Positions 42,902 to 54,239 of a stretch of DNA of 64,000 bases are shown here, in pieces. Each line of letters starts with the position of its first letter. Position 1 is the first letter of the stretch. The notes beneath the pieces are model-generated. The model made no database searches. It was not told the DNA's origin and saw nothing but the letters and a program-made list of their open reading frames with translations. This DNA is from an uncultured delta proteobacterium (GTDB taxonomy: Bacteria; Desulfobacterota; Zymogenia; Zymogenales; Zymogenaceae), in contig CAVTLK010000005.1 of assembly GCA_963735595.1 (NCBI GenBank), positions 672,001-736,000 on the forward strand, read 5' to 3'. The translations under genes were made by a program, and so were the position numbers.

Positions 42902-42935
42902 CGGCCGGTTTGCTTCGCACGTATGCGGGGAGGTT

Positions 42936-43847
42936 ATGAAAACACAGTGTCCTGAATGCGGCTACGAGGGGGACATCAAAGACGACCTGATTCCGGAGGG
43001 AGGCAGGACCGTCGGGTGTCCCCAGTGCAAGGCTACATTTGCGGTCAAAAAAGACGGCGCCATAGTGAGGCCCGCGAAAAATAACAACGCGCGGCCTGAA
43101 GTGGACGTGGATGGAAGGGATTTCATACCGTTCAGGCAGCGTGAGGAACGGGTTTCGCGTGCGCGAGCAGACCGCATGGTTACCCGTATCGCCGTTTTTG
43201 CATTATCCCTGTCGGCCGTCTTCGTAATCGGCTTTTTCATTGGAAGATATACTCACGATTATACGCTCAACAACCCGCTCAACAAAAAGGGGACCGCGCC
43301 CGCCGGCCTCATGACTCCGGCGTCGCCGGCCGGTGAACCTTCGACAACAGCGGTGGGAGATTCCATTTCCACGGCCCCCATCAACACACTCGACACCGAT
43401 ACCGCACAGCCTTCGGAGCCACTCATCCTCGAGGAGAGCTTCACCAGCGACGTCTTTCTTGATATCACCGAAATCGACGGGAAGCTAAACGAGGAGACCG
43501 AGGTGACCGGCCTTCAAAGGGAGCTTGATCTCAAGGGATTCGCACAGGACCTCGTAGGGAAAATGCTTGTCGGTTATTTCACCGTCAGGGACGTCGGCAA
43601 GCTAAGCCCGATGTACGCGAAGACGCTTCCCCTTACGCTCTACAGCTATGACATTGAGGCCGAGGCGGAATCGGATAATCCGATAAGGAGCGTGGTTTAT
43701 GTCGGGCTCAAACAGGCCGACGAGCTGTCTTCCTCCCTCGATAGGGGAAGCAGGGTTTATATCCAGGGGTTTATCTATAGCTGCGTGCTCGTTTCCGATC
43801 ACTTTGAGCTGGGTATCGTTAATTCGAGAGTGGAGCCGAGCAGGTAG
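42936..43847 (+). CDS. Zinc-ribbon (MJ0042-like) single-pass membrane protein
   Basis: MKTQCPEC....I.D..IPEGG..V.CPQC...F, then a TM helix. Confidence 0.75.
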   Translation: MKTQCPECGYEGDIKDDLIPEGGRTVGCPQCKATFAVKKDGAIVRPAKNNNARPEVDVDGRDFIPFRQREERVSRARADRMVTRIAVFALSLSAVFVIGFFIGRYTHDYTLNNPLNKKGTAPAGLMTPASPAGEPSTTAVGDSISTAPINTLDTDTAQPSEPLILEESFTSDVFLDITEIDGKLNEETEVTGLQRELDLKGFAQDLVGKMLVGYFTVRDVGKLSPMYAKTLPLTLYSYDIEAEAESDNPIRSVVYVGLKQADELSSSLDRGSRVYIQGFIYSCVLVSDHFELGIVNSRVEPSR

Positions 43848-44022
43848 CTGTTTCGTCCGCCTATATCCGGAGACCGGTATCGGATTGGCCTGGGCGGCAG
43901 GCCAAGACAGCGGAGTGGATGGGGCATGCCGACCATCGGGCTAAAGACGGTCGCGTGATAAATTCAGCGAATTCTTTTTGCCGTTTGCGCATCTATATAA
44001 CAATATATAGGGAGGTATTGTT

Positions 44023-44220
44023 ATGAAAAAGAATGTAGGAACCGTGGATCAGGTCATTCGATTCATCATCGGCGCGGTCATTATCGCAGTGGGCTATTAC
44101 TATAGCAGCTGGTGGGGGCTCCTGGGCCTTCTTGTACTGGCGACGGCGACCTTCTCGTTCTGCCCGGCATATGTACCCTTCGGAATCAATACCTGCGAGA
44201 CAAAAAAGAAGAAAAAGTAG
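44023..44220 (+). CDS. DUF2892 (YgaP-like) small membrane protein
   Basis: MKKNVG.VD..IR...G ... FCPAY.PFGINTC. Confidence 0.88.
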   Translation: MKKNVGTVDQVIRFIIGAVIIAVGYYYSSWWGLLGLLVLATATFSFCPAYVPFGINTCETKKKKK

Positions 44221-44238
44221 TCTGCCTTTTTAAGGGGG

Positions 44239-44273
44239 AAACGGGGTATTTGAAAGAATGCCCCGTTTTTTTT
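44239..44273 (+). terminator. Intrinsic terminator
   Basis: AAACGGGGTATT-TGAAAG-AATGCCCCG followed by eight T's. Confidence 0.8.
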
Positions 44274-44310
44274 GTACGGCCCGAAGGCCGCTCCGGGACT
44301 AACGGGAGAT

Positions 44311-47300
44311 TCAGGTTTTAACCGCACATCTCAGCTTAAGAAGGATTACCGCATCACCGATAAGCGTCTCTACGACTTCAATACTCTTCTTGAGATTGAC
44401 TTCATTCTGATGTTGTATAGACAGTTCACTGATCAGGTATTCCTTCGGCTGGCTGGGTCTTTTCATTTCTCGCTCGAGAGTCCTAATCCTTTTTGAGACG
44501 GCTTCCATGTATCTATGCTTCTTGGACCGGAAATCCCTGATGTTTGGAGATATCTCGATGTTCGATGCGGAGAGGGCCAGCCGCACCTTCTTTTTTTCTT
44601 CCCTGTTACTCCGTATCAACATTCGAGACGAAAAGCGGTCAAGAAACGGCACGTTGGATTCTTCCAGGAGCGATCGCAGCTTATTGAGGTTGGTATCCAT
44701 GGTCCCGGCCCTGATGATGTCTTTATCAACCCACCCTCTGCCGTCCGACTTCATGCGTGCGGCAAGGTAGATAAGACGGGCAACCGCCGACTCGGACCTT
44801 GCCAGCCGTTTGAGCACGTGTTCCCTTGGGTATTCATCCCACCTGAGGGTAATGAGGAAGGCATCCTTCTGAACATCAATGGAAAGGGAGAAGGGATAGA
44901 TATAGTTCGGGTCCAGCGGCGCCAGGAATATCTCGGAGCTTCCGTCATCCTCGATGTCGTCGTCGAGTTGTGAAAGACTCTCGGTAATATCAAGGAGATT
45001 CTTTGACGTGATACCGCCGATGCTGACGGCAATACCGGTTATACTACCCGAAAGATCGGGCACCGGGTACGCGGTAATCCTGCGGTTCTTGCCAAAACAG
45101 GATATGGAATCGTTCTTCTCGATCCGGCCGGCAGAGAGAGAAGAACGGCGGGACACCCCTCGCACGGAGTGTCCTTTTGGCACAACATCTCATGGCAGAG
45201 GCGGCCCACCATCTCTTCGATCGGAAGGCCCGTTAACTGGGACATGGCGCTATTGGCCCACGTTATCTTCAGGGATAGATCGGCAAAGAAGACCATATCG
45301 GACAGGCTATTCAAAACGGCCTCCTGGCTTCCCGCCACGAGCCTGAGCCGGTCTTCCATCTTTTTACGGTCGGTTACGTCCCTTCCAATCCCCCGAACCT
45401 CGACGATCTTTTCTTCCTCCCATTTCAGTTCGTCATTGAATTCGATCGTTCGGACTTGCCCGTCTTTTCTGACAATGTCAAGCTCATAACCGTGAAGCCG
45501 GGTTCCGGTACGCTGGAGGCGGAAGAGCTCCTGCGCATATTTCTTTGAGGAGGGGCCGTAGAACTCGTAGAAGTTCCTCCCGATTACTTCGTCCGGCTCG
45601 TATCCCAACTGCCGTACCGCGTTGTTCACGAACTTGAGATTTCCCTTGAAGTCGGCCACATAGATCATGTCGTTTGTGCTGTCTACCAATTCACGATATT
45701 TCTGTTCGGATTCGGTGAGGGCGGCTTTCGCCTCTCTGCGGGCGACGGCCGTTCCGATTATTGAGGAGACGGTCTGGAGCAGGAGGATATCCTGCTCGTC
45801 CCAGACGCGCTCTATCTCGTAGTCGTCAAAACCGATGAAACCCCAGAATGTATCGGCAACGAAGATCGGGATCATTATGCTGGATAATGAACCGATGATT
45901 GTAAGGATCTCGCGGTCAATTGGGGGGTAATCTTTTGTCGGCCCTCCGAACCAATGACCGTTACTCAACGCGTCGAACATCTCTGGGGAGCGGTATTTGT
46001 ATGCCACCTTGTCCGGTATCGGGAAGTCAAGCGGCGGCCTATTGCGGTCGTTCATCGCCTCAGCAATAGTCAGCATGCTGATGCCTTCGACGGGGTCCAT
46101 TATGTTCTTGCAGATGAAGACGCCGCCGACTCCCAGTTTCTCAAGGAGATGGCGGACTATGTTTTGCATCGTCAGTTCGAGGTCGGCCAAAGGGACAAGC
46201 TCACGAGAACAGAAGGCCACGGCCTGCTCGTAACGAAGTCGTCTTTTTATTTCCTCTTCCGCGTCAACTTTCTCGGTTATATCGGAGACGAAACTCAAAA
46301 TCGAGGGTTGCCCCTCCCACATAATCGGGATCCCGTTGACCTCGATACAGCGTAGATTTCCCCTGGCATCGCGCATGCGATACCGGTAGAATGGCAGAGC
46401 TTGTTCTCCGGAGCTCAACCTTCCGAGTTCGTCATGCAGTTTTTCCCGGTCGCTTCTGAGAACCAGGTCAGAGAGATGCCTTCCAAGCAGTGCGCTCGGT
46501 GGAACCCCGAAAAGAGTCATGACACGGTTGTTGGCAAATTCGACGATTCCGTTTCGCGTTATGACGATGATTTCGTTGGCATTCTCGACGACCAGCCGGT
46601 ACTTCTCCTCCGATTCCCTCAGGGCGTCCTCGATTCGCTTCCGTTCGGTGATATCGGTGGCGATGTTGAGGGCGGCCGGCTTTCCTTGCCATAGGATAGG
46701 CACGATGCTGTTTTCAGTCCATATAATGTTACCATCCTTAGTGACAAGACGCATGACTAGCGGCGGGGGTGTTTTTTCCCCTTGCTTGAGCCTTTGCCTG
46801 TGCTCGACCAGCAGGTGACGGTCGTCCGGGTGAACGAGGTCGATTGTCGGTGTCCCCAACAGCTCGTCTTCACTGTAGGAGGATACGGCCAGAGCCTTCG
46901 TGTTAACAAGCCGTAAGGTGCCGTCAACAGATACCGTGATTATCTCGTTGGCGTTTTCAACAACAAGGCGGTACTTCTCCTCGGATTCTTTCAGGGCATC
47001 TTCGATCAACTTCCGTTCCGAAATATCGGTGGCAATTACAAGTGCGGCGCGTTTCCCCTGCCAGATGAAGGGCACTACGCTGTTTTCCATCCAGACTATC
47101 GTGCCGCCCTTGGTGAGCATACGCGCGGTGAAGAACTGGGGCTCCGGATCGCCCTTATCACGTTTACTTCTATGGTCAAGGACGAGTTTGCGGTCATCGG
47201 GGTGAAAAAACTCGATGATCGGGGTGGACGCCAGCTCTGCTTCCGAATAGCCGAATAATTCGGAGGTCTTCTTATTATAGAGCGCTAAATACCCATCCAC

Positions 47301-48581
47301 AGCGAGGATGATTACCTCAGCGGCGTTTTCCACGACGAGGCGGTATTTCTCTTCCGATTCCCACAGGGCGTTCTCGGCTTTTATCCGTTCTGTAATGTCG
47401 GTAATAGTACCGGTCAGACCGGTCAACTCGCCATTAAAATACTGCCGACGGCTGAATGTCCGAACGTGGACGATTCCCCCGTTTTTCCTGATTGCCCTGA
47501 ACTCGAGGGGCTCCTTTTGGCCGTTTATGGTTCTCGCGTAGCTTTCCTTGAAGATCTGAAGGTCGTCCGGGAATATGAAATCGGTAATGGCTCGGCCGAT
47601 AATTTCCTGCACCGGGTACCCGGTAATCTGTTCAATCGACGGGCTAACGTATGTTACGCGGCCCTCCAGGTCGGTGCTGCAGATGACATCATTAAGGTTT
47701 TCCACAAGCGATCGATATTTTTCCTCCGACTCCCTGAGCGCGGTCTCCACCCGTTTCCTGTCCGTCACGTCACGTGCTATCCCGTAAATCTCTACAATTC
47801 GGTTTCCTTTCCAAGTCAAGCGCTCCTTAGCTTCGATCGATTTGATCTGGCCGTATTTATCATAGATGTCATATTCGATAAGCCCTACGTCTATTCCTTT
47901 CACCTGCTTCTTGAAGGTTTCGATAGCGACGGCATACGACTCCGGTACGACGACATCCCTGAATCCCTTACCGAGAAGCTCGCCGGCGGAATAGCCATAT
48001 TCTCGCTCAATTGTCTGGTTAATGAATTTGAAGTTGCCATCGCTGTCCGTGACGTAGATAAGGTCACCGGTATGCTCTACCATGTCCCGGTATCTCTCTT
48101 CGGATTGCCTCAGCTTGAGTTCAATCTCCGCTCTTTCCGTGATGTCGCTGATGAGAAAAAGCGTAGAGGGCGTCCCCTCCCACGTGAATGGAACACCGGT
48201 GCCCTCCATCCATTTGACGCGGCCTTCTTTGTCTATTATGCGGAAATCTATCGGCGGCGACGTGGCTTTTCTGAGAAGGGTATTTTGATAGTGGCGGGTT
48301 CCAGTCTCCCGATCTTCGGGATGAATGAGCTCGATGAATGGACGCGATGTCAGTTCTTCCCGGGTATATCCGGTATACTCGGAAATCTTCGGGTTCGCAT
48401 ATAGTATGACGTTATCCCGGGCAATGACAATTCCCTGGCCGGCGTTTTCGACGACAAGGCGATAATCGCCTTCGGTGTTTTTCGGCCTCGCGTGAGGCGC
48501 GGCATTTTCAGAGGTATTTACATCACCTCCGACCGGCGTCCTTGATGGGAACTTGCTACTATCGGTGTCTTGTCGGGACAT
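44311..48581 (-). CDS. Large multi-sensor protein (6 PAS, GAF, 2 PAS, non-kinase C-terminal domain), frameshifted near 45142
   Basis: Repeated ESEEKYRLVVENA...DITERK PAS/PAC units and a GAF (WGFIGFDD..ERVW). The last PAS continues in the 44311-45183 frame. Confidence 0.8.
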
Positions 48582-48811
48582 GGAATGTCTTCCGAAATAG
48601 CCGCTTTGTCTCGTGTAACGGTTTTATTACAATCGGCCCCGGTTCCAGTACGCCCGAGAAGGGCGGGATAGACAATAAAAGAGCACTAAACGGGCGAGCT
48701 TATGATCCATCATACGTTTGGGTTTGATTAAAATCCCGGCTCCGACCTGACGTAAAAAAGGGACACATACGGTGGAAATAAATACGGCGGACCGTTTAAT
48801 GGATTTAGATC

Positions 48812-50179
48812 CTAAATTCTATCGCTTACCTTCCGTGTATCTTCTATCCTTTTAGTAATGGCGCTGATCCTATGCTGTACGTCGGTCCTGCCCACGACGA
48901 TCTTAGCTTCGTTCATGATCTGTTGAACCGTTCTAAAATAGCCAAGGGCGTCAACGTACCTGCCCAGGGCTTCCAGAACATTTGCGGTTCCGAGCAGGCA
49001 TTCAAGACTCCGCGGGCGTACGGAAAGCACTCGATAAAAGAGACACAGGGCCTGCCGATTATATCCGGCTGCGGCCAATCGGTTAGCAATTCTCGAGAAT
49101 GAGTTGAGCGCTTCTTCCTGCCGCCCCACGCGCAGTTTCATTTCGGCCAAACGCTTCATGAGTATCAGATGACGGAACAAGTCATCCTCACCGGCGATAG
49201 CCGCCCTAACGGCCTTCTGAGCCCGTTCATCGTAGCCCTGCTCGATAAAGACGCGTGAAGCTGCAAGGTACCGGGAGCGCTCGAACGTATTAATCGGGTT
49301 CTTTGATTCCGTGTCTATGATCCTGATTGCCGTTCCCGGATTCTCGGGATTGTGCTGTCGGGAGGCCCATTGACGATATTTCTGTGCCTTTTCGAACTTA
49401 CCCTGCCTTTCAAAGGCCTCGGAAAGCGTCAATAGAAAATCCTCGGAACATGGATCGATTCTAAAGACCCTTTGACCGAATGAGAGTTGTCGATCGAACT
49501 CAAAGGCCGCCTTCCTTAGGTAGTATGACTTATAGATATCCTCAAATTCCCTCATGATTACCGGGACATCTTCACGTATAGCAAAAGCCCGGGTAAGCTT
49601 CTTACCCTTGTACGAAAGCGCGATTCTTATCGCAGCGTCGAGCGTTTCCCATATTCCCCTTCCCTCGTAGCAGGAACCGTGGATCAATGGCGCGCGCGAA
49701 AGCGAGAAGAGTCTCTTAAATATCCTAAGGGACGATCGGTTCTTTACATCGTCCTTATGGTCGAGGTAGACAATAGGAAAGCGGGAAGGCCTGATACCGT
49801 CGGACCTGAGCCAGCTGATAAACTCGGCCGCCGCCTTGAGATTGTTCACTTTCCCCTGCCCGGTTGAATCAAGGGTGAAGATAACCCCGTCGGCCATGTA
49901 TAGGACCTTCTTACGCCGAGCGGAGAGATAGGGGCTTCCGGGTGCCGTGAATAAGTCAACGGTTACCCGTTTGTCCCCTACCATCCCGAAGGTAATCCCC
50001 AGGTGGTCGAAAAACGTCGTCCTTCCTACGGGATTTGCGTGAGAAGTGAGGGGAGAGCGGAATTGTTTCTTTGTATTGAGGGTAAGATAGGTGATAATCG
50101 AAGTCTTGCCGGATCGCTCCGGCCCCATAATAACAATTTTCAGGTTGACGTCCGTATTATGCAGATTCAACCTGATCAC
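48812..50179 (-). CDS. MglA-like small GTPase fused to C-terminal TPRs
   Basis: KIVIMGPERSGKT, RTTFFD, LFTAPG, ADGVIF..DS and HKDD align with MglA; TPR helices follow. Confidence 0.75.
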   Translation of the reverse strand: MIRLNLHNTDVNLKIVIMGPERSGKTSIITYLTLNTKKQFRSPLTSHANPVGRTTFFDHLGITFGMVGDKRVTVDLFTAPGSPYLSARRKKVLYMADGVIFTLDSTGQGKVNNLKAAAEFISWLRSDGIRPSRFPIVYLDHKDDVKNRSSLRIFKRLFSLSRAPLIHGSCYEGRGIWETLDAAIRIALSYKGKKLTRAFAIREDVPVIMREFEDIYKSYYLRKAAFEFDRQLSFGQRVFRIDPCSEDFLLTLSEAFERQGKFEKAQKYRQWASRQHNPENPGTAIRIIDTESKNPINTFERSRYLAASRVFIEQGYDERAQKAVRAAIAGEDDLFRHLILMKRLAEMKLRVGRQEEALNSFSRIANRLAAAGYNRQALCLFYRVLSVRPRSLECLLGTANVLEALGRYVDALGYFRTVQQIMNEAKIVVGRTDVQHRISAITKRIEDTRKVSDRI

Positions 50180-51607
50180 TTATACTACTCCCATCGCCCG
50201 GCTTCGTTTTGGAAAGAGCACGAGCTGCAATACCTCGTCGTCGATATCCTCGCCCACCGATATCGGGTACCTGCCGGAGAAACAGGCGTTGCAGAAAGAT
50301 AGTCCCGTTTGATTGGCGGAGTCCATTAGCCCCTCGAGGGAGAGGTACTTGAGGGAATCCACCTCAATAAAGTCGGATACCTCTTTCACAGTATGGTTGG
50401 ACGCGATGAGTTCCTGCCGTGTGGGGGTATCTATGCCGAAATAGCAGGAATGCGTAGTTGGCGGTGAGCTGATACGCATGTGGATCTCTTTGGCGCCTGC
50501 GCCCCGGATCATCCCAATGATTTTTTTTGCGGTCGTCCCCCGCACGATAGAATCATCAATGACCACAACCCGCTTCCCACATAACTCCTGCTTGACGGGA
50601 TTGAGCTTGATCTTCACCCCGAAATGGCGAATTCCCTGCGAGGGTTCAATAAAGGTCCTTCCCACGTAATGGTTTCTTATCAGGCCGAATTCGAACGGTA
50701 TCCCGGCCGTTTGGGCGTATCCGACGGCGGCGGGAACACCCGAGTCGGGTACCGGGATTACGAGGTCCGCCTCGATATTGTCCTCGCGGGCCAGTTTTTC
50801 GCCAAACGATTTTCTGATCGTATAGACGTTCTGGCCGAAGACGATCGAATCGGGGCGCGCGAAATATATATACTCGAACACGCAAAAGGAGTGATCCTCC
50901 TTCGGGAAGGGAAAATAGGACTGCAACCCGTTTTCATCGAATATAATGATTTCGCCGGGGGCCACATCACGAATATAGCGAGCCTCAATCAGATCAAGAG
51001 CACAGGTTTCGGAAGCGACGACGTAGCTATCCTTGAGGCTTCCCAGCACCAGTGGTCGGAACCCCCGCGGATCGCGGGCGGCGATCAGTTTTCCTTCCGT
51101 AAGCATCACGAGTGAATAGGATCCCCTTAACATGGTAAGGGCATCGGTAAGGCGGTCGATAAGGGACTCTCGTCGGGACTGCGCCATGAGGTGGATCACC
51201 ACCTCGGTATCGGAGGTAGACTGGAAGATAGAGCCGCTTTCCTCCAGCCTGTGTCTGATCCTTCCGGCGTTGATGAGATTCCCATTATGGGCGACGGCGA
51301 GTCCACCGCGATGGTTATTGACGACCAGGGGCTGGGCGTTTTCGATTATCGTAGATCCGTATGTGGAGTATCGTACGTGCCCGATAGCCATATGGCCCTT
51401 GAGGGCGTCCAGCGTATCCTCGTCAAAGATATCGTTGACCAGCCCCATGGCCTTATGGGCGTAAAAGCGTCTGCCGTCGTGTGCTACGATCCCGGCGCTC
51501 TCCTGTCCGCGATGCTGGAGGGCATACAAGCCCAAATAGGTGAGCTTGCTGGCCTCCCCGTCGCAGCAGATGCCGAATACCCCGCACTCCTCGTGAAGTT
51601 CGTCCAT
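50180..51607 (-). CDS. purF: Amidophosphoribosyltransferase
   Basis: [37 protein letters not shown] and C.ACFSG.YP. Confidence 0.97.
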   Translation of the reverse strand: MDELHEECGVFGICCDGEASKLTYLGLYALQHRGQESAGIVAHDGRRFYAHKAMGLVNDIFDEDTLDALKGHMAIGHVRYSTYGSTIIENAQPLVVNNHRGGLAVAHNGNLINAGRIRHRLEESGSIFQSTSDTEVVIHLMAQSRRESLIDRLTDALTMLRGSYSLVMLTEGKLIAARDPRGFRPLVLGSLKDSYVVASETCALDLIEARYIRDVAPGEIIIFDENGLQSYFPFPKEDHSFCVFEYIYFARPDSIVFGQNVYTIRKSFGEKLAREDNIEADLVIPVPDSGVPAAVGYAQTAGIPFEFGLIRNHYVGRTFIEPSQGIRHFGVKIKLNPVKQELCGKRVVVIDDSIVRGTTAKKIIGMIRGAGAKEIHMRISSPPTTHSCYFGIDTPTRQELIASNHTVKEVSDFIEVDSLKYLSLEGLMDSANQTGLSFCNACFSGRYPISVGEDIDDEVLQLVLFPKRSRAMGVV

Positions 51608-51678
51608 GATTGGTAGGATAGATAGGTTCTTAATAACTCATTATATCACGAAAAAACACTGCAGGAAACAGAGAACTC

Positions 51679-52998
51679 TTACGAGAAGACCCTATTAAAG
51701 ATGTAATCGGTATAGCGGACATACCACGTGGGATTAAATATCTCCTCGATACTTTCCGGAGGAAGGAAACCCGATATTTTTTCGTCTTGCCGTACCAGTT
51801 CAATAAAACCGGTCCCTCCTTCCAGGGCCTTCTTCGCGATACTCTGAACATGCTCGTAAATATCGTCTCTCGTTTTCTCCATTCCCGTCGCGTTGATGAG
51901 TTCCGTCATGAGCCTCTGCGAATAGATAAGCCCGCCGGTCGCTTCGAGATTTCTTTTCATCCGATCGGGATAGACAATAAGCTTGTCTATGAGATTGGTG
52001 AAACGGACAAGAATAAAGTCGAGGAGGATCGTCGAGTCGGGCGCGATGACACGTTCCACCGACGAGTGGCTGATATCCCGCTCGTGCCACAGAACGACAT
52101 TTTCGAGCGCTGCCACCGCATTTGCCCGAATAATCCGCGCTAAACCATCGATGTTTTCGGAGAGTATCGGGTTTCGTTTGTGCGGCATGGCCGATGATCC
52201 CTTCTGACCCGTGGAGAAGTATTCCTGGGCTTCTGCCACTTCGGTTCGTTGAAGGTGCCTGATCTCGACGGCGAATCTCTCAACGGAAGACGCGACGACG
52301 GCCAGCGTCGTAAAGAACTGCGCGTGGCGGTCCCGCTGGACGATCTGGGTTGCCGCTGGCTCCGGTGTAAGTCCAAGCCGTTCCATCACGATTTCTTCCA
52401 CCCGCGGATCAACGTTCGCGAATGTCCCAACCGCTCCCGACAATTTTCCGACGGCCACGGACTTTCGGGCTTCTACCATCCGCGCTCGGTTCCTCTTCGT
52501 CTCCTCATACCAGACGGCAAGCTTGTGACCAAAGGTAATCGGCTCGGCATGGATGCCATGGGTGCGGCCGACCATAATCGTATCCTTAAACTCAAAAGCG
52601 CGCCTCTTGAGGACTGCCTGGAGCTTATCGATGTCGGCGATAATCAGATCTGCTGCCTGGATGAACAGAAGGGCAAGTGAAGTATCCAGAACGTCTGAAG
52701 AGGTCAAACCCATGTGGATGAATCGGGCGGAGGAGGCGTGTATCTTCTTTTGCATGAAAGTCACAAACGAGATTACGTCATGCTTCGTAACCTCCTCGAT
52801 ATCGGCTATCTCCTTGATATCCGAATCGGTAAATCTATAATCCCGAAGTTTCCGTATCATGTCCGCGTCGGCCGGAGGAATCCTTCCCAAAGACGACCAT
52901 GCGTCGCAGGCCGCGATTTCAATTGCAAGCCATGTCTCGAAGCGCTTTTTAGGCTCCCATATGTTACCCATCTCCGGCCTGGTATAACGCTCAATCAT
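51679..52998 (-). CDS. purB: Adenylosuccinate lyase
   Basis: MIERY, GRTHGIHAEP, QKGSSAMPHKRNP and HERDISHSSVER. Confidence 0.97.
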   Translation of the reverse strand: MIERYTRPEMGNIWEPKKRFETWLAIEIAACDAWSSLGRIPPADADMIRKLRDYRFTDSDIKEIADIEEVTKHDVISFVTFMQKKIHASSARFIHMGLTSSDVLDTSLALLFIQAADLIIADIDKLQAVLKRRAFEFKDTIMVGRTHGIHAEPITFGHKLAVWYEETKRNRARMVEARKSVAVGKLSGAVGTFANVDPRVEEIVMERLGLTPEPAATQIVQRDRHAQFFTTLAVVASSVERFAVEIRHLQRTEVAEAQEYFSTGQKGSSAMPHKRNPILSENIDGLARIIRANAVAALENVVLWHERDISHSSVERVIAPDSTILLDFILVRFTNLIDKLIVYPDRMKRNLEATGGLIYSQRLMTELINATGMEKTRDDIYEHVQSIAKKALEGGTGFIELVRQDEKISGFLPPESIEEIFNPTWYVRYTDYIFNRVFS

Positions 52999-53238
52999 GA
53001 ATCTATCCTGGAGGGCAGAGAATAAAGGAATCAGCGATTAGACTTTCATCTGAGAGTATAGCCTATCTCGACTGAAAAGGGAAGGGATTTCTCTTTCGGT
53101 GTTGGGAAACGTCGGAGAAACGGATTACGCGAAGTTGATGAATTGACGTGTCTATGGATATTCTGCTGTCGGCTATTATTGCGGAAAACTCAGTTCCCCT
53201 GGATTCTGTAAAGGGAGGAATAGCGGCGAAGCGAGCGT

Positions 53239-53931
53239 TCAATCTTCCTCTGAGGTAGATCCGGCCGCCTCTTCGGTCGTGTCGGCAAGGGCGGGTTGTA
53301 CGATCCAGGTCATGCCGCACTCCCGGCATGACATGGGAATGCGTATACCCTCGGAATTTTCCACAGTGCGAGAAACGGGTTTAAATACCGTGGTTTCCCA
53401 CTGTGATCCCCCGTTATTATGGGAATTGCTGCTGATAGCTACATTCGAAGATTTACACGATGGACAATAAATCTTAGTTCCGGTGAGCACCGTCCCGCAC
53501 GAGGGGCAGACCGGTAACAAACGTTGTATGGATGAGCCGCAACTGGGGCACGATGAGGACGTATTCTTGTCCGTGCGGGTAGTCGGCGCTTCGTTATCCG
53601 ACAGGGGGGCGGCGTCAGGCGGGGTGAACGTGAATGGATTCTTACATGAAGGACAGGTAATCTTCTTCGATTGACCGCCGACGATGCTGCTTCGTTTGAG
53701 CTTTCCTGTGAACCCGCAAACGGGACAGGAAACCGGGAGGTATTCAGGTTGTTCGGTCCGGGCAGTGACGGCGTCTTCCCGGTTTCGGGGAGATTTTGGC
53801 GGGGAGGTTCGTCCCTTCCTTATTCGAAACTTCACGTTACAGTTAGGGCAATAGACTTCTTTGCCGTCAGGAGGAATCTGATCGTCTCGTACTGTTCCAC
53901 CGAATTTACATGACGGGCAGGTAACATGCAT
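53239..53931 (-). CDS. Multi-zinc-ribbon protein (MJ0042-like N-terminus)
   Basis: Eight CxxC pairs. Confidence 0.7.
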   Translation of the reverse strand: MHVTCPSCKFGGTVRDDQIPPDGKEVYCPNCNVKFRIRKGRTSPPKSPRNREDAVTARTEQPEYLPVSCPVCGFTGKLKRSSIVGGQSKKITCPSCKNPFTFTPPDAAPLSDNEAPTTRTDKNTSSSCPSCGSSIQRLLPVCPSCGTVLTGTKIYCPSCKSSNVAISSNSHNNGGSQWETTVFKPVSRTVENSEGIRIPMSCRECGMTWIVQPALADTTEEAAGSTSEED

Positions 53932-54239
53932 CGTCTAGTGCGCCTCTTATTACATTTATAGAATACTCGATCGGAGGTTATGTGTCAATGAGTATTCTGG
54001 GCGTGAGGTATCGCATTGGGAAAGAGCCCGAAGAAGATATCTCCATGGTTTCAGTCGCGGGGCTTACGGGCGGTAATCCCGGCATACGCGATAACCGTCT
54101 CGCTGCGATACAACCCTGGTGGCGGTCACCGGCGTACGAACGGAAAATACACGAGCGTTATTGATTATTGGCCGAGATCTCCAAGAAAGAAGTAGTGCGG
54201 GAATCCCGGGTATTGTAACGGCATGAATAGGCTTCCTGA

